A DNA stretch of 63,735 nucleotides, the filler included, from Craspedostauros australis (taxonomy: Eukaryota), in assembly GCA_030167865.1 (NCBI GenBank). It is 8 parts of 8 records of this genome, joined end to end, with 100 filler letters (N's around TTAATTAATTAA, not from the genome) between each part and the next. Parts side by side here need not be neighbours in the genome. Positions count along the whole stretch, not along the records: positions 45,950 to 51,318 come from JALAGF010003779.1; positions 51,419 to 54,879 come from JALAGF010003780.1; positions 54,980 to 57,833 come from JALAGF010003781.1; positions 57,934 to 63,735 come from JALAGF010003782.1; 4 more parts are not named here. One strand, written 5' to 3'. Positions 50,691 through 62,739 of the stretch are shown piece after piece. A program made the position numbers and the translations under genes. The notes under the pieces are model-generated. The model made no database searches, had not been told where the DNA came from, and saw nothing but the letters and a program-made list of their open reading frames with translations. The stretch's first letter is position 1. The number at the start of each line of letters is the position of its first letter.

Positions 50691-51318
50691 CTAGACTGAC
50701 CCTTCCACATGGATACATTCCTGACAGATTGGAGACCTCATACTTCGTGACCAGACACTTTGGGGTATGTTGTAAGTCGGCGCAAGGTTGGATTTCATTG
50801 TGGTTGACATTTTATACACACATTTTGACAATCTACTGTACACTATGGTGCGTAGGCTATCGTACTGCCACACACGGCACCACACAAAAATCTAGATTCT
50901 CAGATATGGATGCCTTCCTGATGGCCTGGAGACCTCACACTTCGTGACCAGACACTTTGAGGTGTGTTGTAAGTTTCCGCCAGGTTGGATTCGATTGTGA
51001 TTGACATTTTATATGCACATTTTGACAATCTACTGCACAGTATTGTGCGTAGCTCGTAGTACTACCACACACGGCACCACACAAAAATCTAGATTCTCAG
51101 ATATGGATGCCTTCCAGATGGNNTGGAGACCTCATACTTCGTGACCAGACACTTTGGGGNGTGTTGTAAGTGTCCGCCAGGTTGGATTTCATTGTGGTTG
51201 ACATTTTATACACACATTTTGACAATCTACTGTACAGTATTGTGCGTAGGCTATCGTACTGCCACACACGGCACCACACAAAAATCTAGATTCTCAGATA
51301 TGGATGCCTTCCAGATGG
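50691..51318 (-). repeat. Same ~196-bp unit in the opposite orientation, >=3 units, runs off the contig
   Basis: TGTAAGT at 50771, 50968, 51165; reverse complement of the forward unit. Confidence 0.95.
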
Positions 51319-51418
51319 NNNNNNNNNNNNNNNNNNNNNNNNNNNNNNNNNNNNNNNNNNNNTTAATTAATTAANNNNNNNNNNNNNNNNNNNNNNNNNN
51401 NNNNNNNNNNNNNNNNNN

Positions 51419-52576
51419 GATCAAATCAACGCACGTGAGTAGTGCGCACACACAGTGATACGTATGCTTCTGTTAATCGCTTTGATGGACTCTGTGTCCT
51501 TCGTGTCGCTCTTGGTGTGCATTGAGCAGATGAATCGTCTGATTTTCACCTTTCCTCCTTTTATCTCACCTCGGCACTCTGTTTTCATCATCTTGACTCA
51601 CCCATTCTATTTGATTCCCAACCTCCAGCCAACAACGGAATGAAGAATTCCATGTTGACAGAGATGGGGTTGCTCACTGATCTGCGCCATCTCAATCTCT
51701 GTAAGTATGCATCTCAGCAATCGAAGTATCCATGTGTATTGCATACCGCAGACACACTCCAATCCACCGTGACCGGACGGTCTTGTTCCATGTTCTGGCT
51801 CAGATGGCATCCTCACACAATGTTCATACATTGCTCGCACCTCCACATTTTGTTTCACACAGCTGGGAACGAAGTCAAAGGACCGCTGATATCAGAAATA
51901 GGGTTGCTCACAAAGTTGACTCGATTGGATCTGGGTAAGTCACGATACTCGTCTGAGCACGGACTCGTTTGGTACATGCTTGGTACATGCTTGGCGCATG
52001 TTTGATGTGTGCTTGGCATATTCAACCCATTCCTCTCGATCAGTTCATCGACCTATCCAAGTCGCTGATGAGCATTGGGTGCTTGTCCACGACAGGTCGT
52101 AACTCACAATGGCCAACCTCCTTCGTCTATTTCACATCATCACAATCACCTTCTCTCATTGTCGTACTCGTGCGTACTCATACGCAGAATCAGCTGTCAT
52201 GTTTGGAGAAATCCCATCCGAACTTGGCAAACTCAGCAACCTTCGGAGGCTTTACCTCGGCTACAACGACTTTATTGGTACCATCCCAACGGAACTCAAT
52301 CAGCTCTCCGCAACTCTCGATCTGGAACTCTTGACAATGGTCAACATCAGTGTCACCGGCGACATCAATTCGATTGTTTGCAACGCAACAGATCCAACGC
52401 AGCAACGCAATGCCGGTGAATACTCAGCCCAATGCCTACCATTCGATGATGGTGAGCCACCGGCCGTTACGTGTGATTGCTGCAGCGTCTGCTGCAACAC
52501 CACGATCTGCTGTGACATGATGGGCGATGAAGCGTGCTATGATCTTCCTGACAGCTCTCCCGGCAGAAGACAATGA
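51419..52576 (+). CDS. Duplicate of the LRR gene 3' part (offset +5469)
   Basis: Same translations as 45950-47107. Confidence 0.85.
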
Positions 52577-52719
52577 TGGTGTTCTCGCAGAGGGATACTC
52601 GTAGTGGGCGAGCACCATCCATACATGTACACATGTACACATACTGACATACTCGTAAGCACGATGAGGTTTCATCAAATGCGTCTGTAAAATACTCGAA
52701 AGGAACAGATCTCGACGAG

Positions 52720-54879
52720 CTATGAGGACCGAAGTTGAATTGTGGTCTGCGTTTCTCTCGCCCCCTTTTCGAGCAACGCCAGCTGCTCCTTCGTCTTCGA
52801 TACGGAGACGGTGGGAATTGTCCTCCTGGGGTTCAGGCATTTCAAGCAGTCCACGAGTTCGGGAAAGCTGGAATGCTCGCTGTAGGGAACAGAGTAGATG
52901 GTGATTTTGCCGGAGGATCGTTTGCCCACCAGTCCGCGTCCTGGCTTGGCCGACAGCGACCAGCCCGTCGGCGAATACCCAACGATACGATCGCATGGTG
53001 CCACGCCAGGCGACGCCAATGAGAGCGACATTGCAGTCTCAAAATATTTCGGGAGCTTCTTCATGTTGAGGTCTCCCATAGGCACAACCCAGATACAGCT
53101 GTCGTTGGTCGGCGTCGTCGTGAATAGTGTCATTTGCTCTGGGGGCCACCCTGATGCTTGCAAGACACGGTACCGCCGCCTATCGACGAAGATGCGCCAT
53201 CCGAAGTGCTGGGCAACGGCCATGTACATGCGTTCTTTCCCGATCGTGTACGCACCGAACAAATGGAGGACTCTGCTGCCGCTCTCTTTCGCCCGCTTCA
53301 CTTCATCCTGCACGACCTTGAGCGTTGCCTGGACGGTCTGCTCCTGCGACGGCAACGTGTACTTGGGATTGCAGTACGTCGTATCCAGGAACAGCTCATC
53401 GAGCCGCAACTTCCGGCTGAAGAGAAATGGCTTGAGGTACTGCTGATGGAACATGATGTCGCGGCTCCATCGGAAATCGCCAACGTGGAGGATATGCTTC
53501 GTGCCGACCTGGAAGAGGAACATGACGGCACCGGGACAATGGTTGGCATCCAGCAACGTCACAGTCACGGCCTTGCCCCTGCTCTCCACGACCGTGGGTA
53601 CCATCATGGGCAATGGATGCAGGTATTTCTTGTCAACTCCGAGCTGTGCATTGACCAGATTCGCGGTCGGCAGCGAGCAGTAGATGATGCCTTGGTTCCA
53701 TGCGGATGTGATGCCACCGTAGTGGTCGGAATGGAAATGCGTCAAGAAGTAGTTCTTCGTGAAGGATCTGAGATGATAACGAGCATAGAGTTGTATCGCA
53801 TTGCATAGTATAATTGATAGGAATGCCATTGTGTCAGTATTCATACGAGTATGGCAGTGGGCGATTTGGTGTACGAGAATTACGGCAGGATGAGACGAGG
53901 TGTCATCAGGGGGTCGTCGTCGTTGATGTGTCGGCAAGGTACGACCTTCGGATGAAAAGAAGCACGCTACAAAGGGATAGTCTCATCGGTGGACAAGGTC
54001 AGCGGCCGGGTCGAGGAATGCAGCCAGCTGATGGCGAGATGAAAATGAGACAGGCGACGTACTCGTTGGCGTAGTAAAATCCATCGCAGACGAAATCGGT
54101 CCCAGTGATCTTCTTGTATGATGGGCAGTTTTCCTGCAGTTGCATACGTGTATGTACAGTGGTGGAGGATACAGGATGGGCAGAAATGATGGACATGCAC
54201 AGGTGCGACTTGTGAGATGAAGATTGAATGCAGACTTTTCAATGATCGATCTTTCCATGCATGACATATCGCGGACACACAAAGCAAGATCACTTACGCT
54301 GTTGTATTTGCGATTCTTGTACGGCCCTCTCCAAGCACCCCTCCCACGACCGTAGGAGGTGTGTTGCGTGCGGCTGTCTGCACGTTGCTTTGCCCGGATT
54401 GCCTCGATTTGTGACAATCGTCGTGCATTGGCAATCAGCACGCTGTTCAAATCACGCGCTGGTGGCTTTTTGCTGGCAAGCGACGTGCCTTCTCCACCGT
54501 GCTGGCTGACTTGCGCTGATCCTCCGCCAGTGCCAGCGATGGACGAAGAAAGCGTACTGCTGCTCGCCATACTGGAGACTCGGCTGTGTGTCTCCGATTC
54601 ATGAGATTTCAACACATCGTCTGCGTCGCCATGCCACGTTATGCTTCCCTTCTGAGCGTAGGGGTTGCGGGTAATCGTGGTGTTGGTGGAGGCAGAACTC
54701 TGCGTTACCTGGCGCTGATCGTTCGGGAATGCACCATCATCCTTCATCAGACCAATCCGGCTGTCCCGCATTCCCAAATCGGCCGTCGCGCCTTGGTGTT
54801 TCTTGGCACACCGCTTCATGTGAGCAACACGGTGCTTGATCTGCAGCAGCGACTTGCCACATATGAAGCAGATGCTGTC
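52720..54879 (-). CDS. SNM1: DNA crosslink-repair nuclease SNM1/PSO2 (DCLRE1A-like MBL/beta-CASP); exons >54879-54298, 54133-54063, 53767-52720; 5' end missing
   Basis: UBZ-like CFICGKSL...RVAHMKRC; CPSYKKITGTDFVCDGF; THFHSDHYGG; DANHCPGAVMF; HVGDFR; LDTTY; YTIGKER; VPYSEHSSFPEL. Confidence 0.92.
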
Positions 54880-54979
54880 NNNNNNNNNNNNNNNNNNNNN
54901 NNNNNNNNNNNNNNNNNNNNNNNTTAATTAATTAANNNNNNNNNNNNNNNNNNNNNNNNNNNNNNNNNNNNNNNNNNNN

Positions 54980-56069
54980 CATGTTTGTTGGGCAGGCTTG
55001 GAGAAATGCGGAGACAGGTGAGTTGGGTAGTCTGCTCCATGGCTTGCTCAAGTGCTTCCATTTGTGTCGAGGAGATCTGGGGCGGAACCTCAAACATGCT
55101 GGGAGCACCATAGCGCCGGTATCCGAAATATGACAAGCTCTTGTTTCCCAGTAGCGATATAAAAATGTCGCCCCATGTATCTCGTTCTTGTCGCGATAAC
55201 CCCTTACAATCATTGGCAACCCAAAGCTCCTTCAGGTGTGATGCATCTGAAAGGAGTTGGATGATCTGATCGATTTCTTGTCGCGAGTACATTCGTTGTC
55301 TGTCGGTGAGCCGACAGAAACTGATGTTGAGCTTGTTGATGCGCTTGTTTGACCGGAATAGCTTTGCCAAGCTATCACAAGTGACACGGGTGAATAAAAT
55401 GGATACTCCGGTGACGCTGCAATTGTTTGGAGACAGCCATCTGCACAAATCAGCGCCACCATTGGCGAGCTTGCAGTCACCGAACCGAACGTATTTCGGG
55501 TTTTGGGAGATGTTGAACATGAGCTTGTCGCAATCAACAAGATCACATGAATCCAAATGCACACAATTTGTCACAAGAGGGATATCGTGGAGCTGTTTCA
55601 TCTCCACGAAGCGTTGAGGCAATTCGATGCCTTTGTCGAATGAAGACTTGAGTGGGTGTTCGGCAACCAATCGAAGTACGAAGCGAATCACTTGCTTGTC
55701 TTCTTCTCCGAATTGGTCAATGGTGCCATAATCCAGACTCAGGGATCGAATGTGCATCAGCCTGCAGCACAAGCCAGGCAAACCGCTCAGTAAAATACAA
55801 GGTGATACAGCAACGTGCTCGTGCCGCCGCTTCACCATCGATTCCAAGTCATGAAAAGTGAATCCTGCTTCGATGGCCATGTCCCAGTATTCCATCCGCT
55901 TGGGTGTGACACTGTAGCAGTCGATCTGCTTTTCTGGTGGGTAGTGCAGAGTGAACACGGTCTTCGGTGGCAGCTCTTTGCCATGGAGTTGTTTCCAGAA
56001 AGTCTTGAAGTCCGGATCATGGTCACTGTTGGTATTGGTGTTGGCAACAGCATCCATGTTGTGGTTCAT
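54980..56069 (-). CDS. 5' part of an RNI-like/LRR-type protein (overlaps the 57934-59264 copy)
   Basis: ATG at 56069; maps to the next contig as x to 113957-x; INKLNISFC, LKELWV, LTCLRI repeats. Confidence 0.65.
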
Positions 56070-57547
56070 TCTTTTCTTGTCGTTGTTATCGTCACTGCTG
56101 ATTGATGTTGATTATTGTTGTTGGTGGCACAATCGTACGAGTAGAGCTACAGAGCAGGCAGAGTATGTGGTCCCAAATCAGTTGCGCTTGGATGGCGATT
56201 GTGAGCTCATTTGCTCAAGTTTGCTGTCCCCCATTTCATGATCCTGTGCATTGATCACGAAGCAACGTGTCGTCAGTCAACGCGCCTGGATGGGCATGCG
56301 GAGTTCCACCACGATGCGTGGTGTGGTATGGTACGACCGTGGACAGCCACATCATGATCCGAAGCTGGCAAGCTCGCTCGCACGATACGACCTTCGATGG
56401 TGCCCAACTTGGCCACGCTGCGCGCTTGCGCTTCTTCATGTGATACGATACCATTGTTTGTGTAATCTGAGAAGGCACATCCCTCTGTGATGGTCTTGGG
56501 GGAGTCAACCGCGATACCATACGAATGAATACTATGTGCTTCGGCATTTGGATGTCATCGAACAGTTCCAATGGGCAGATCCACGATGTGCAAAACTCAC
56601 CACAACGATTCCTTCGGTGGACACCGAAGGCGTTTCTCGCGTTTTGTTGGAGCATGGCGATGGTGATGATGAGCATGACACCACTCGTGTTTCAATTCGC
56701 CACAAACGTATCCAGGACTCATCTCGCCTCACTCAATCATTGCGATCTCTGTGGCGAATGAATCAACGATCAGTCTCATGATCAACAACGAACGTGTGCA
56801 AAACGATTCATTTCGTGATGACGATGATGGTCATGGTGGTGGCGCTGCAGACATCGCTACAGAATACTGACGCAGATCGTCACAACCGCAATGCTCACAT
56901 GATGATCACCGTTGCCATCAAGTATCTACTATTCACAGAGCACGTACTACTATGCCAACACTCTCTCTCTCTCTCTGCTTCTTGAGAGAGACTTCGAACG
57001 ATGCCGGCTGGTTGACTTGGTTCCTCACTCAATGATCGCCCAACCACAGAGACAACCGCAACCAGAGGAATCACAGCAATGGCAGCATTGACACCAACGA
57101 TGTGGTTGATGCATCAATAGAGGATGATTGGTGCCATCTACATCGCGTCCATGGTGGTGGCAACGGACTCACTGTCATCGCCATCCCCGACACTTTTCTT
57201 CCGTTGTGGATTGAGAACCACTGACAGCCATTTCCTTTGACAGGCTCAACAATCGCAACGGCGACACCATCATCAACATCAACCACATTGTGTATCCCAT
57301 CGCATCACCCCGTTGCCTCAAGAATCGCTGGAGAGAGAGAGAGTAGATCCACCATTGGATATTGGACATTGGATACTGCGCCATCGGCAATCACGTTCGT
57401 CGCAACAGGCCGTCCATTCAACATTCAACATTGAGCATCGATCATTGTGCGATTGAACGATTGAACGATTGAACGATTGAACGAAGCAACAGAGCAGATC
57501 ATTCCCAAAACAACACAATACAAGGCAACAGAAGACAACACAAATCG

Positions 57548-57833
57548 ATGGAAGACAACAGATTCCCGTTCACCAGCAAGGCTTCACGGTCGTCCTCCTC
57601 CACGTCCGGCATTGAACGCAAGACCGGTCACCAGTACGGCCGCAACTCTGCGCCATCACCACCAAGCTCCATGTCGTCATCGGCAGCATCATTGCCCACT
57701 GGCCACGCTTCCGCCTACACCGCCAAGTACATGGACGACCTGGGCAGCCAGCAGCAGACCGTGTACAGCGATGACAATGAGGCAGAGTTCTCCATGCACT
57801 CGCAGCAGGACTTCGACGCCGACATGGTGGACT
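57548..57833 (+). CDS. N-terminal fragment of acidic protein MEDNRF..., a diverged copy of 61222-59683
   Basis: Near-identical N-terminus with several substitutions and a 3-bp indel; cut by spacer. Confidence 0.7.
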
Positions 57834-57933
57834 NNNNNNNNNNNNNNNNNNNNNNNNNNNNNNNNNNNNNNNNNNNNTTAATTAATTAANNNNNNNNNNN
57901 NNNNNNNNNNNNNNNNNNNNNNNNNNNNNNNNN

Positions 57934-59264
57934 ACCATGATCCGGACTTCAAGACTTTCTGGAAACAACTCCATGGCAAAGAGCTGCCACCGAAGACCGT
58001 GTTCACTCTGCACTACCCACCAGAAAAGCAGATCGACTGCTACAGTGTCACACCCAAGCGGATGGAATACTGGGACATGGCCATCGAAGCAGGATTCACT
58101 TTTCATGACTTGGAATCGATGGTGAAGCGGCGGCACGAGCACGTTGCTGTATCACCTTGTATTTTACTGAGCGGTTTGCCTGGCTTGTGCTGCAGGCTGA
58201 TGCACATTCGATCCCTGAGTCTGGATTATGGCACCATTGACCAATTCGGAGAAGAAGACAAGCAAGTGATTCGCTTCGTACTTCGATTGGTTGCCGAACA
58301 CCCACTCAAGTCTTCATTCGACAAAGGCATCGAATTGCCTCAACGCTTCGTGGAGATGAAACAGCTCCACGATATCCCTCTTGTGACAAATTGTGTGCAT
58401 TTGGATTCATGTGATCTTGTTGATTGCGACAAGCTCATGTTCAACATCTCCCAAAACCCGAAATACGTTCGGTTCGGTGACTGCAAGCTCGCCAATGGTG
58501 GCGCTGATTTGTGCAGATGGCTGTCTCCAAACAATTGCAGCGTCACCGGAGTATCCATTTTATTCACCCGTGTCACTTGTGATAGCTTGGCAAAGCTATT
58601 CCGGTCAAACAAGCGCATCAACAAGCTCAACATCAGTTTCTGTCGGCTCACCGACAGACAACGAATGTACTCGCGACAAGAAATCGATCAGATCATCCAA
58701 CTCCTTTCAGATGCATCACACCTGAAGGAGCTTTGGGTTGCCAATGATTGTAAGGGGTTATCGCGACAAGAACGAGATACATGGGGCGACATTTTTATAT
58801 CGCTACTGGGAAACAAGAGCTTGTCATATTTCGGATACCGGCGCTATGGTGCTCCCAGCATGTTTGAGGTTCCGCCCCAGATCTCCTCGACACAAATGGA
58901 AGCACTTGAGCAAGCCATGGAGCAGACTACCCAACTCACCTGTCTCCGCATTTCTCCAAGCCTGCCCAACAAACATGACCATTGGTACCATGCGCTTGTT
59001 GAACGTATCTTGCGTCGAAATCATCGCAACAAGGTGAGAGCAGTGCTGTGCTCCCTTCCAACATGGTCACGACCACTGGCCCTGTTTGGGGAGGTGCTGA
59101 TGAGAATAAGCAAACGTCAGAGTAGACTTGATCCAATGGGTTCCACGAACGAGACTTTTCACATTCTGCTGCAGTGCAGTGACATGTTGAAACAGACATG
59201 GGACGATCGTCGTGCCGATCGGCAACGACCAGACACAACAGAAGAAATAGCGCCGCAGCGATAA
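57934..59264 (+). CDS. RNI-like/LRR-type protein (458 aa when merged with the start at 56069)
   Basis: Open frame to TAA; LRR-like segments and C-terminal ILRRNHR...LP...VLMRI...TFHILL. Confidence 0.65.
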
Positions 59265-59682
59265 GATCATGGGCCTTCTGCCAGCGCAATGAAATTGGCA
59301 GCCAACTGGCCACACTCGTGAAAGCGACGGAGCTTCTGATTGGCGCTCGGTGTTCACAAAACAAAGAAAGGTGTGTCGATGATTGATGCGGTACTGTATC
59401 ACCTTAAACAACTGTAGGACAACTACTCTCGTCTATCTCCACTGACTGCAAGCGAGTCGAGTATGTCCATGCCAGTGCGCGTTCCTGGAAAGACCACAAA
59501 ACTGATGCATCTGCGATGACGAGAAACCACGCAACGTCAAACAAAGCAACGAGAGTCACCATGATACTATTATACGATACTACTATTTGGAATACTCTAT
59601 CTCCGACGATCGGCATGCTTGACTCGCGGTCAACGAAAGTCAGAGGCGTCGGCAGCGAGAGTCGCAAAACAAAACTGATGTT

Positions 59683-61222
59683 TCAGCCCGCCAGCACGAC
59701 GCCTGCTGCAATGCCACCGCCGATGATGAGGACAGCCGCGATGACGACGGGGACCATGCTGTTGCTTTTGTTCGGTGCTGGTTCCTGCAACGTCGGCTTT
59801 GTGGTGGTGGTGGCCGTCTGTGCCTCAATGTCGACGTAATGCATGCTTGTGGTGTTGCCGGTGTCCTGCTCGACCACGTTCTTCNGATCGAGATGGTTGC
59901 TGGATCCCTTGGAGGGTCCGATGGATTCTTTTCGCGTGAGCTGCTTGACTGGTGGATCTTGGGTGATGGTTTGCGCCGGATCAGTTGTGGGAGTCATGGG
60001 AGTGATGGATATTTCGATGGAGTTGATGCGCGAGACGAGCTGGGTGAGCATGTCCTCGTTGGTGTCGTTGGTCTCGTTGAGGAGGATGGCGGATGTGGAG
60101 ATGTACGTTGACGTTGGGTCTTTGGCGGAAGGTGGATCCTCACCATCCATGTCCATGTCCATGTCCATGTCCACATTGCTGCGGTTGGATTCCTTGGAAA
60201 GGGAGTTGGTGGAGTCCTGGTTGCCGTGGTTGCTGGTCGATGAATTGGAGGTTGCGGCCGTGCGCTGGGTGCCGTCATTTTTGGCGGAGACCATGGAAGA
60301 GAAGATCCCGGAATCCCCATTGGAATGGACACCGAATTCGCCTGACTTGCGTTTGTTGACAGTTCTGGTGGATAGTCGCTCCGTCTCGTCGCCCTCCTCG
60401 CCTTCGACGACAGACTCCAGTCCACCTTCCTGGCGGATGGAGGACATCCTCTTGGCGAAGGAGAAGCCGAAGGACGAGATCCCCGTTGGAGGAGGCGTTG
60501 GGGCTGCCTCTGGCCGGCTGGGACGTCCTGGACGGCGCGGTGTTGGGAGATGTTCCGATCGGGCGTGGAGGCTGGTCGGATGTGGAACGGAATTCGTCAC
60601 GAAAGGAGTCGTCTCGCATGGAGTCGTCCTCGTCTGTGAACTCGTCGAAGCCTCCATCGGTCGTCTTGTCGGTCATCTTGTCGCCCGCCTCCTCATCGGA
60701 ACACTGGCTCTCGATGTCGTCATCGTCATCGTCGATGATGTGGATGTCGTCATCTATCTGCTGCGTGTTGGCGCCAGCACCCGCGCTGACATCGTGACTC
60801 TGGCTGTGACTGCGACTGCGACTGTTGGCGTCGGCACCCTCATCGTCGTCGCTGTTGTCGCTGTCAATGTCGTCCAGGCCTTCGTCCAAGCCTTCGTCGA
60901 AGGGCTCCTCGTCGCTGTCCGCCACCCTCGCACTGATGGAGTCCACCATGTCGGCGTCGAAGTCCTGCTGCGAGTGCCTGGAGAACTCTGCCTCATTGTC
61001 ATCGCCGTACACGGTCTGCTGCTGGCTGCCCAGGTCGTCCATGTACTTGGCGGTGTAGGCGGAAGCGTGGCCAGTGGGCGATGATGCTGCCGATGACGAC
61101 ATGGAGCTTGGTGATGGCGCAGAGTTGCGGCCGTACTGGTGGCCGGTCTTGCGTTCAATGCCGGAGGTGGAGGAGGACGACCGTGAAGCCTTGCTGGTGA
61201 ACGGGAATCTGTTGTCTTCCAT
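59683..61222 (-). CDS. Acidic, S/T-rich disordered protein with a C-terminal hydrophobic helix; carries an apparent +1 frameshift at 60481-60484
   Basis: ORFs 61222-60275 and 60657-59683 join into 512 aa if one G is removed from AACGGGGATC; ends VPVVIAAVLIIGGGIAAGVVLAG*. Confidence 0.65.
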
Positions 61223-62320
61223 CGATTTGTGTTGTCTTCTGTTGCCTTGTATTGTGTTGTTTTGGGAATGATCTGCTCTGTTGCTTCGTTCAATCGTTCA
61301 ATCGCACAATGATCGATGCTCAATGTTGAATGTTGAATGGACGGCCTGTTGCGACTAACGTAATTGCTGATGGCGCAGTATCCAATGTCCAATGTCCAAT
61401 ATCCAATGGTGGATCTACTCTCTCTCTCTCTCTCCAGCGATTCTTGAGGCAACGGGGTGATGCGATGGGATACACAATGTGGTTGATGTTGATGATGGTG
61501 TCGCCGTTGCGATTGTTGAGCCTGTCAAAGGAAATGGCCGTCGGTGGTTCTCAATCCACGACGGGAGGAAAGTGTCGGGGATGGTGATGACAGTGAGTTC
61601 GTTGCCACCAACATGCACGCGATGAAGATGACACCAATCATCCTCTTTTGATGCATCAACCACATCGTTGGTGTCAATGCTGCCATTGCTGTGATTCTTC
61701 TGGTTGCGGTTGTCTCTGTGGTTGCGCAATCATTGAGCGAGGAACCAAGTCAACCAGCCGACAGTGTTTGAAGTCTCTCTCTCGAAGCTGAGAGAGAAAC
61801 GAGAGAGAGAGTGTTGGTATCGTACTCGGTGGATAGACACTTGATGGAGACAGTGATCATCATGTGAGTGTTGCGGTTGTGACGATCTGTATCAGTATTC
61901 TGCAGCGATCTCTGCAACAGCAGCACCACCGTGGCCATCATCGTCATCATGGGCACAAAATGAATCGTCTCTCACACGTTCCATGTTGAACACAGGTCGG
62001 TCTTTGGTTCGTCCACCACTGATTGTTCCTCGTGACGGTTGTGTGAGACGAGATGAGTCCTGGATACGTTTGTTGTCGATTGAAACACGAGTGGTGTCAC
62101 CATCGTCATTGTCGTCATCCTCTTGACAAAACACGAGAAACGCCTCTGCAAGGCACGGGAATTCCGCTGAAACTGTCACACGTTCGCATTCGACCACTCT
62201 GACTAATCATCAACTTCGTACGTGACTTGATTGGAACGACTCAACACTCGGAGTATATCCACAATGATAACGTATATAACCGTTTAATGTTTGAAATCCG
62301 AACACCATCTACCCCGTCAA

Positions 62321-62400
62321 CAAACGTTGAAAGTGCTCAACAAACGTTGAAAGTACTAAACAAACGTTGAAAGTACTCAACAAGCGTTGAAAGTACTCAA
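62321..62400 (+). repeat. 20-bp tandem repeat CAAACGTTGAAAGTACTCAA x4
   Basis: Directly visible, 0-1 mismatch per unit. Confidence 0.95.
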
Positions 62401-62739
62401 CACACATCGAGAGTAGTTATTGTTGGTATACGATCCCATGACAGTGCAGCAACAATCTCCCATGTTTGCGGCCTTCGTTCAGTCAGGGATATTCACAACA
62501 ATGACATCACACATACACACACACACACATCACGCATCGTCTCCCAATTATCACAGTTATGTCAAAGAATCGTTTCGCGCCGTTACAAACNTGATTCAAA
62601 TTTGTCGGCCACACGACACTTGTGGCGAACGCGATGGCCTTCCTGTGTGTTCTGCTCCATGATAAATTAAAAGCCGTTCGTCACACATCATCACCCTTCA
62701 CCGATCATCCATCAAGCAATCAAGACATTGGAAACATCA

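Larger units (their letters stand above)
48618..51318. mobile_element. Putative foldback/MULE-like insertion (left end and centre only)
   Basis: Abrupt junction inside an exon; end (G)AGGAAATT followed by CACTAACCAGCC twice; opposed tandem arrays; right end and TSD not in the contig. Confidence 0.45.

Noticed and set aside
49150..51318. CRISPR array or 5S rRNA array (GCCTACGCACCATA resembles a 5S start)
   Set aside because: Whole units are homologous with no unique spacers and no cas genes; the 5S similarity does not extend and internal promoter boxes are not evident
59843..61084. 413-aa plus-strand ORF
   Set aside because: Antisense shadow of the acidic protein gene
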